Source: a virus (lineage: Duplodnaviria > Heunggongvirae > Uroviricota > Caudoviricetes). From it: a stretch of 5,033 nt of DNA. The notes under the pieces are model-generated. The model saw only the letters and a list, made by a program, of their open reading frames with translations. It searched no databases and had not been told where the DNA came from. This document shows positions 1 to 5,033 of the stretch, in pieces (the stretch's first letter is position 1; the number at the start of each line of letters is the position of its first letter). The stretch lies in IMG/VR virus record IMGVR_UViG_2698536647_000008; one strand, written 5' to 3'. Both the position numbers and the translations under genes were made by a program.

Positions 1-432
1 TTAATTAAAGTCAATTCCTGACAAGTCTAATCCGAGTGAGCAGTTCAAAATTTTATCCATTGCATTACTGGATAATACTACCTTTAGCTTTGCAACTTTT
101 GCAGGTGAATCCAAGGTACTATTCTTAGTTATTAGTGTATAAAAATCAGAAACTGGTATACTTTCAATTGTATGATCATACCCTTTATATGCAGCATAAT
201 TGAATACAGTGTCACCATTCATATCGTAAGCATGTGATTCAAGATCAATAAAAAATTTATCAGAACTAGTTATTGCAACTGGCTTACCATCTTTATAGAT
301 TTTAACAGTACCTGCATGGCCCGATGCATTAATATTAACAGTGTACTTTTGCTCACAGGAATATGTTACAGATTTTGCCATAGTAGAAAAAGAAAGCAGC
401 ATAACAATACAAGGTACAAGAACCTTTATCAT
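1..432 (-). CDS. Hypothetical secreted (periplasmic) protein, 143 aa, with N-terminal Sec-type signal peptide
   Basis: Complete ORF: ATG at 432..430, TAA at 3..1. N-terminus MIKVLVPCIVMLLSFSTMA-KS has a hydrophobic core and an AXA-like cleavage motif; no C-terminal TM segment. GGAG sits 7 nt upstream of the ATG (minus-strand reading TAA-ACCTATTGGAGTACTTAC-ATG). Last gene of the minus-strand operon, 18 nt after the holin-like gene. No family recognised from memory. Confidence 0.55.
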   Translation of the reverse strand: MIKVLVPCIVMLLSFSTMAKSVTYSCEQKYTVNINASGHAGTVKIYKDGKPVAITSSDKFFIDLESHAYDMNGDTVFNYAAYKGYDHTIESIPVSDFYTLITKNSTLDSPAKVAKLKVVLSSNAMDKILNCSLGLDLSGIDFN

Positions 433-450
433 GTAAGTACTCCAATAGGT

Positions 451-741
451 TTAGCTCCCACCAATCAAGATTATCAGTACTTTCCATATTTCATCAAGTG
501 GAACAATGGGGAGTACCACACCACATAAGGCCAGTACTGGCACAATGACGTAGTTCCATAGAATGATGAACGTCAGTACCCATCCTAAGCCCTGTCGCCA
601 AGTGAAGCCCTTACGCGTTTCTTCAAGTGTGATCTGGTTCTGTTCATGGCTGTTCTGTGCGTCCAGCTCTTGCTTACTTTGTTCTTTCTTCTGGAAGAAA
701 CCTACTCCAGTTTTGATTAAATCAATTATCATTCCAATCAT
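451..741 (-). CDS. Putative phage holin, 3-TM type (resembles the 'holin of 3 TMs' family, PF11351-like)
   Basis: 96 aa. Hydrophilic N-terminal ~45 aa, then hydrophobic segments. The motifs TWRQGLGWV, LPIVPLDEIW and a C-terminal ILIGG match, from memory, the conserved WRPFxGWV / LPxLxxxEL / LLGLGG pattern of that holin family. ATG at 741..739 overlaps the upstream TGA (740..738) as ATGA. Family assignment is by recall, not by alignment. Confidence 0.6.
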   Translation of the reverse strand: MIGMIIDLIKTGVGFFQKKEQSKQELDAQNSHEQNQITLEETRKGFTWRQGLGWVLTFIILWNYVIVPVLALCGVVLPIVPLDEIWKVLIILIGGS

Positions 742-1049
742 TCAATGATCCCCACGCAATACACCCAAAAGTGTTTTCCCTTAACGAATAGTTTTTTATG
801 TTCGATTACGTACACATCCATCTGGTCACCTTGTAGTGACCATGTAAGTACTGAACCGTCCGTTATATTTTGTTTTTTCTCATAGCAAACATTCATAAAA
901 TGCTCGATATTAATCTGTTTACTCTTTAGTACCTTCTTGAACTTATTACCAAGAAAGCATTTATGAATTGGCATACTATTAGCCTCTGGTGTATTACCAT
1001 CGAGTTTAATCTCACTGGTTAGTTCACCATAATGTTCATCAAAATTCAT
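738..1049 (-). CDS. Hypothetical protein, 103 aa
   Basis: ORF with ATG at 1049..1047 overlapping the stop of the upstream gene (ATGA, 1049..1046), and its own stop overlapping the holin start. Called on coupling and operon context only; no motif recognised. Confidence 0.5.
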   Translation of the reverse strand: MNFDEHYGELTSEIKLDGNTPEANSMPIHKCFLGNKFKKVLKSKQINIEHFMNVCYEKKQNITDGSVLTWSLQGDQMDVYVIEHKKLFVKGKHFWVYCVGIIE

Positions 1050-1606
1050 CTTGTTACCTTGAATGTTCCCTGTATACCACTCATGACTAACATCACACCA
1101 TTATTCACTTCCTGATAGAAATCATAAATTAGTTTACGGCGTTTACTTTCCCGTAGGCCGATTACACGCTTTTGTTTTTTCTTTTGAGTAGTATCTATTA
1201 ATCGTTCTTTTCCGTTTTTACCTTTGACTATCTTGTAACGACCAGAGGCCAAATTTTTCTTTAGTCCACTAATGTTACCCTGCTTCGTTAGTCTTGCTTT
1301 CGAAGTAGGCACAAATTTATCAATGGCCTTTTGTTCAACCAGTACACCATATAAGTACTGTGCCTGAACATCTTTGACCATGATTGTAGCTGTGACCCCA
1401 CTACCCCGTTTTTTATAAAAGAATAGAATTGATCGTTGAGTGAAAGGTACTGCACCTTTGTCTACGGCATTGTTCATATCTGCCTGTACTTTCATAGATA
1501 ATACTCTTGAACGCTTAATAATTTCATCTTGGAACTGTTTACCTAACTTCGTTCCTGTTGTTTTTATATAGTTCGTGACATTATCTATACCCGTTATTCT
1601 TGTCAT
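1046..1606 (-). CDS. Hypothetical basic (Lys/Arg-rich) protein, 186 aa
   Basis: ATG at 1606..1604, 4 nt after the upstream TAA (1613..1611), with GAGGT about 6 nt upstream overlapping that stop. Very basic C-terminal half (KGKNGKERLIDTTQKKKQKRVIGLRESKRRK), which may mean nucleic-acid binding. No family recognised. Confidence 0.55.
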   Translation of the reverse strand: MTRITGIDNVTNYIKTTGTKLGKQFQDEIIKRSRVLSMKVQADMNNAVDKGAVPFTQRSILFFYKKRGSGVTATIMVKDVQAQYLYGVLVEQKAIDKFVPTSKARLTKQGNISGLKKNLASGRYKIVKGKNGKERLIDTTQKKKQKRVIGLRESKRRKLIYDFYQEVNNGVMLVMSGIQGTFKVTR

Positions 1607-1610
1607 ATAT

Positions 1611-2060
1611 TTACCTCACACCCAATAAATCAGTTAAATATTGCAGTACTTTAAATAAATCCAAACGGTTTTTTGGTAATCGTGCCTTACACATTATTGC
1701 CTTATTTAAACAGTCGGGATGTAAACCAAAGTAGCTAATCAATGCTGTTTCTAAAATCGTTGCCTCTGCGTCAGATTTAACACAGTACAAAATCTTTTTA
1801 GTGTATGGCATTCCGGCTTCAATCATTTCATTAACGCACTTACTACTACCGGTATAATCAGGCCAGTTCGATTCAACTGAAGTAGACTTTAAATTCTTTA
1901 TGTCGCGTACTTTTTTATAGATTTGCTTCTTACCGAAATAGTACTCGCCAGTCTCTGGAAACTGAATAATGTAGATAAACGAAACGTAATTCCCATCTGT
2001 TACTTCTGACATATTCCACATATTAATATCGAACATCTCCCATGCTTTATTAACTCTCAC
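1611..2060 (-). CDS. Hypothetical protein, 149 aa; possible degenerate GIY-YIG nuclease-like domain (speculative)
   Basis: First gene of the minus-strand operon. The ORF begins with GTG at 2060..2058, with AGGGA about 8 nt upstream; the first in-frame ATG (2036..2034) has no spacer to a GGGAG. Segment SFIYIIQFPETGEYYFGKK shows an IY...(about 10 aa)...YxFG spacing reminiscent of GIY-(10)-YIG, followed by Arg and Glu at roughly expected distances. The nuclease call is weak. Confidence 0.5.
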   Translation of the reverse strand: MRVNKAWEMFDINMWNMSEVTDGNYVSFIYIIQFPETGEYYFGKKQIYKKVRDIKNLKSTSVESNWPDYTGSSKCVNEMIEAGMPYTKKILYCVKSDAEATILETALISYFGLHPDCLNKAIMCKARLPKNRLDLFKVLQYLTDLLGVR

Positions 2061-2100
2061 AATAAATATCCCTATATAGATTTATTATAGGTATTTATTA
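2061..2100. promoter_or_regulatory. Divergent AT-rich intergenic region between the minus-strand operon and the plus-strand lysozyme gene
   Basis: 40 bp, almost entirely A/T (aataaatatccctatatagatttattataggtatttatta). The minus strand carries a consensus TATAAT (2089..2084) upstream of the GTG at 2060; the plus strand has AATAAATA (2061..2068), one mismatch from the T4 late-promoter box TATAAATA, and AGGT 8 nt before the ATG at 2101. No convincing -35. Low-complexity AT sequence makes chance matches likely. Confidence 0.3.
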
Positions 2101-2550
2101 ATGAGTAAACTAAAAGACAGATTAAAAGAATATGAAGGTACTATCGCTTATCAAACAAAATTGAAGTACTTTCACGATAACAAATTTTGGACATACAAAG
2201 ATTCACTAGAATTTGAAACCATCGGCTACGGTCATTTACTACATGTTGGTGAAAAGTATTCAGATGGTATTACTATTGAGCAAGCGGAAAGCCTACTAGA
2301 CCAAGATATATTAATTGCAGTGCATAACGTCGAAACACTCAATATCTGGCTACCTGACGAGTGGAAAGATTTTCTTGTGATAATGATGTTCCAGTTAGGT
2401 TTAGGCGGGGTACAGAAATTCAAAAAGATGTTAGTAGCCCTTAAAGCAAAAGATTACCCGGAAGCCATCAGACAGGCTAAAGATTCATTATGGTATAAAC
2501 AAACACCTAATCGTGTTGATGCAATGATTGCAGTACTAACCAACAAATAA
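2101..2550 (+). CDS. Phage endolysin, T4-lysozyme-like (glycoside hydrolase family 24 muramidase)
   Basis: 149 aa, ATG 2101, TAA 2548..2550. Recognisable matches to T4 lysozyme: LKEYEG (catalytic Glu region), YKDSLEFETIGYGHLL against YKDTEGYYTIGIGHLL (Asp/Thr catalytic region), MMFQLGLGGVQKF against MVFQMGETGVAGF, and WYKQTPNRVDAMI against WYNQTPNRAKRVI. No N-terminal TM or SAR segment, so it looks like a cytoplasmic, holin-dependent endolysin. Confidence 0.85.
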   Translation: MSKLKDRLKEYEGTIAYQTKLKYFHDNKFWTYKDSLEFETIGYGHLLHVGEKYSDGITIEQAESLLDQDILIAVHNVETLNIWLPDEWKDFLVIMMFQLGLGGVQKFKKMLVALKAKDYPEAIRQAKDSLWYKQTPNRVDAMIAVLTNK

Positions 2551-2553
2551 CAA

Positions 2554-2584
2554 AAAGGCGATAGCATTATGTACTATCGCCTTT
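2554..2584. terminator. Bidirectional rho-independent terminator candidate between convergent genes
   Basis: Perfect 11-bp inverted repeat AAAGGCGATAG (2554..2564) / CTATCGCCTTT (2574..2584) with a 9-nt loop. T-rich on the plus strand downstream (ctttcttcttattgttt) and A-rich upstream (caaaaa, giving a U-tract for the minus-strand transcript). It sits between the lysozyme stop (2550) and the stop of the minus-strand 88-aa gene (2589). Confidence 0.6.
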
Positions 2585-2588
2585 CTTC

Positions 2589-2855
2589 TTATTGTTTCTG
2601 TTCAAGAATGGTAATGATTTTTTCAATTTTCACATCCAGATCATGGATCTGGTTTTCAAGTTTAGTTAAAGCATCACGCATCTTATTCTGATCAGCTTCA
2701 ATACGCACCATACTACTTTCCTGTACTGCTTGTTTAGTTTCCAGTTCTGAAACACGTGTAAGTAGTCCATCAGTATCTTTTGTATTGTCGCGGAATACAG
2801 TGTACAGAAGTACACAGCCAGAAATAATAAGAGCTAATATTGTACCAATGTCCAT
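2589..2855 (-). CDS. Small membrane-anchored coiled-coil protein, 88 aa (i-spanin-like architecture; function unknown)
   Basis: ATG at 2855..2853, TAA at 2591..2589. One N-terminal hydrophobic segment (IGTILALIISGCVLLYTVF), then a charged, heptad-like region (ELETKQAVQESSMVRIEADQNKMRDALTKLENQIHDLDVKIEKII). No lipoprotein partner was found embedded in the one alternative frame I translated by hand. Confidence 0.5.
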   Translation of the reverse strand: MDIGTILALIISGCVLLYTVFRDNTKDTDGLLTRVSELETKQAVQESSMVRIEADQNKMRDALTKLENQIHDLDVKIEKIITILEQKQ

Positions 2856-2895
2856 ATTATCTCGCTTATTATTATTCTTATAATGATATTTATCG

Positions 2896-3552
2896 TTAAT
2901 ATCCGGTGAAAGTAGCTAAAGCGATTTGAAAACCATTGTTGCCCATTGCCTGACGATATGTTTTCTGGTTCTTTGAAACGTACTGCAAGCTGAATGAAGT
3001 ACTGCTATTACGTCGAATAACTATTCCCGAATAACCGATTGTTTCACCATCATCACTTAAGTTGCCCGGACATTGTGACCAACAAAACCAGGGATTAGCA
3101 ACAGGGCTTGTTACTGTGATTGCAGTACTCAAATCCGTAGCAGCAGGTACAGTTAAGAAACCTTGTATACGGGGCATGGTAGCCGCCGATGCAGCAGACC
3201 ATATCAAAGTACCGGAAGCATTGAACACATCGAGATAACCAGACGTAGGTGTTGCAGTGTGCGTACTCGTCATGAATCGCCCTATCCCCGGCTGGAACAA
3301 CTCAGCACCGGGAAAACACCAGCCACCATCTTTCTGTATCTGAAACCAGTACTGCGTAGTGTTCCTGTTCACGATAGTTGCAAGTGGCAAGAAGCCAAGA
3401 GCACCACCATTACCAAAAGCACACGTAAAGCCAGTGTAATACCCCTGATCCGTCAGTGTACCCATTGCCTTAACAGCACCTGTGAGAATTGACTTGTTAG
3501 TACTGTCAATCGTCAGAGCACCCGCAGAATTATAAACTTCAAAACCTGACAT
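2896..3552 (-). CDS. Hypothetical tail-fibre-associated protein, about 218 aa
   Basis: The tracked ORF (2896..3597) begins with TTG and would overlap the upstream gene by 44 nt. I prefer the ATG at 3552..3550, which lies 1 nt after the upstream TAA (3556..3554; minus strand reads TAATATG) and gives MSGFEVYNSAGALTID... Its N-terminus resembles that of the preceding 98-aa ORF, with a further internal copy (DVFNASGTLIW). Located directly downstream of the tail-fibre gene. Confidence 0.5.
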   Translation of the reverse strand: MSGFEVYNSAGALTIDSTNKSILTGAVKAMGTLTDQGYYTGFTCAFGNGGALGFLPLATIVNRNTTQYWFQIQKDGGWCFPGAELFQPGIGRFMTSTHTATPTSGYLDVFNASGTLIWSAASAATMPRIQGFLTVPAATDLSTAITVTSPVANPWFCWSQCPGNLSDDGETIGYSGIVIRRNSSTSFSLQYVSKNQKTYRQAMGNNGFQIALATFTGY

Positions 3553-3553
3553 A

Positions 3554-3850
3554 TTACACCGTCCACTTATATACGTTGAAACTATACGTACCAGCAAACG
3601 GTGATCCCGTTGGTAGATAAATGATAGTCATTGAACCATTATTACAAATAACAGACCACTCATTAAAAACATCCGTAGATGGTGCGTAATAGGCAATCCA
3701 CCCTGTTGTTTTCATTCCGGGCACAGTGACGGTATAACTTGATGCAGTAGTAGCAGTAATTGAGTAAGTACCCATGTACCGCATATTATAATCACCGAGA
3801 TCTACTACTAATACCCCTGCACTATTCCAGCATTGTAATCCTTGTGCCAT
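3554..3850 (-). CDS. Hypothetical tail-fibre-associated protein, 98 aa
   Basis: ATG at 3850..3848 with a good RBS (AAAGGATTTAAA-ATG), TAA at 3556..3554. N-terminus GLQCWNSAGVLVVD parallels GFEVYNSAGALTID of the next gene. Thr/Ser/Tyr-rich composition is typical of beta-rich fibre or adhesin proteins. Confidence 0.5.
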   Translation of the reverse strand: MAQGLQCWNSAGVLVVDLGDYNMRYMGTYSITATTASSYTVTVPGMKTTGWIAYYAPSTDVFNEWSVICNNGSMTIIYLPTGSPFAGTYSFNVYKWTV

Positions 3851-3869
3851 TTTAAATCCTTTAAGTTAT

Positions 3870-3886
3870 AGGGGAAGTCATCCCCT
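3870..3886. other. Short GC-rich hairpin in the intergenic region downstream of the tail-fibre gene
   Basis: AGGGGA (3870..3875) / TCCCCT (3881..3886), 6-bp stem with 5-nt loop. A T-rich run follows on the plus strand (tgttgtttatt), not on the minus (coding) strand, so it is not a convincing terminator for the tail-fibre transcript. It may be a stability or attenuation element, or an antisense terminator. Confidence 0.3.
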
Positions 3887-3895
3887 TGTTGTTTA

Positions 3896-4783
<888 letters not shown>

Positions 4784-4802
4784 TCAGTCAGAGGTGACTC
4801 AC

Positions 4803-5033
4803 ATGACAAAAACAGTATCAACCAGTAAAAAACCCCGTAAACAGCATTCGCCTGAATTTCGCAGTGAAGCCCTGAAGCTTGCTGAACGCATCGGTGTTAC
4901 TGCCGCAGCCCGTGAACTCAGCCTGTATGAATCACAGCTCTACAACTGGCGCAGTAAACAGCAAAATCAGCAGACGTCTTCTGAACGTGAACTGGAGATG
5001 TCTACCGAGATTGCACGTCTCAAACGCCAGCTG
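4803..5033 (+). CDS. insE: IS3 transposase OrfA (InsE), N-terminal 77 codons; truncated by the window edge
   Basis: ATG at 4803 preceded by GAGGTGA with a 5-nt spacer. Translation MTKTVSTSKKPRKQHSPEFRSEALKLAERIGVTAAARELSLYESQLYNWRSKQQNQQTSSERELEMSTEIARLKRQL matches the E. coli IS3 OrfA N-terminus as I recall it, including the helix-turn-helix region. No stop before the window ends. Confidence 0.93.
   Translation, partial: MTKTVSTSKKPRKQHSPEFRSEALKLAERIGVTAAARELSLYESQLYNWRSKQQNQQTSSERELEMSTEIARLKRQL

Noticed and set aside
316-528. Plus-strand 70-aa ORF
   Set aside because: It lies entirely antisense to the well-supported minus-strand genes at 1..432 and 451..741, has no convincing RBS, and its composition looks like a shadow frame.
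563-748. Plus-strand 61-aa ORF
   Set aside because: Antisense to the holin-like gene; Cys/Ser/Leu-rich translation typical of a spurious frame.
2232-2423. Minus-strand 63-aa ORF
   Set aside because: Fully embedded antisense within the T4-type lysozyme gene, whose homology-supported frame explains this stretch.
2589-2855. Embedded o-spanin (Rz1-like) gene inside the 88-aa coiled-coil gene
   Set aside because: Hand translation of the one alternative minus-strand frame that contains ATG starts gave only a 34-codon ORF (MDYLHVFQNWKLNKQYRKVVWCVLKLIRIRCVML) with no signal peptide or lipobox. The third frame has no ATG and was not translated.
3163-3492. Plus-strand 109-aa ORF
   Set aside because: Antisense to the ~218-aa minus-strand gene; Arg/Ser/Cys-rich translation typical of an out-of-frame artefact.
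3553-3597. TTG-initiated N-terminal extension of the ~218-aa ORF, overlapping the 98-aa gene by 44 nt
   Set aside because: An ATG at 3552..3550 lies 1 nt after the upstream stop and gives an N-terminus parallel to that of the neighbouring paralogue, so the shorter ORF is preferred. The longer form cannot be excluded.

Overview
This 5 kb window reads as an AT-rich, phage-derived segment (lysis and tail-fibre genes) whose tail-fibre gene has been cut by an IS3 insertion at its right end. All calls rest on reading the supplied ORF translations and the raw sequence by eye; no database search or alignment was run. Left to right: (i) a five-gene, tightly coupled minus-strand operon (1..2060) whose fourth gene encodes a 3-TM holin-like protein and whose last gene encodes a signal-peptide protein; (ii) a lone plus-strand T4-type (GH24) lysozyme gene (2101..2550); (iii) a perfect 11-bp inverted repeat (2554..2584) placed as a bidirectional terminator; (iv) a minus-strand block of a small membrane-anchored coiled-coil protein, two ORFs with related N-termini, and the C-terminal part of a tail-fibre/receptor-binding protein (3896..4737); (v) the left end of IS3 from 4738, with the 5' part of its orfA (insE) running off the window. 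The best candidate for something undescribed is the five-gene operon: three of its products have no function I can assign and it pairs a holin-like membrane protein with a secreted protein. A conventional scattered lysis cassette remains the most parsimonious reading. No rRNA, tRNA or CRISPR array was seen.
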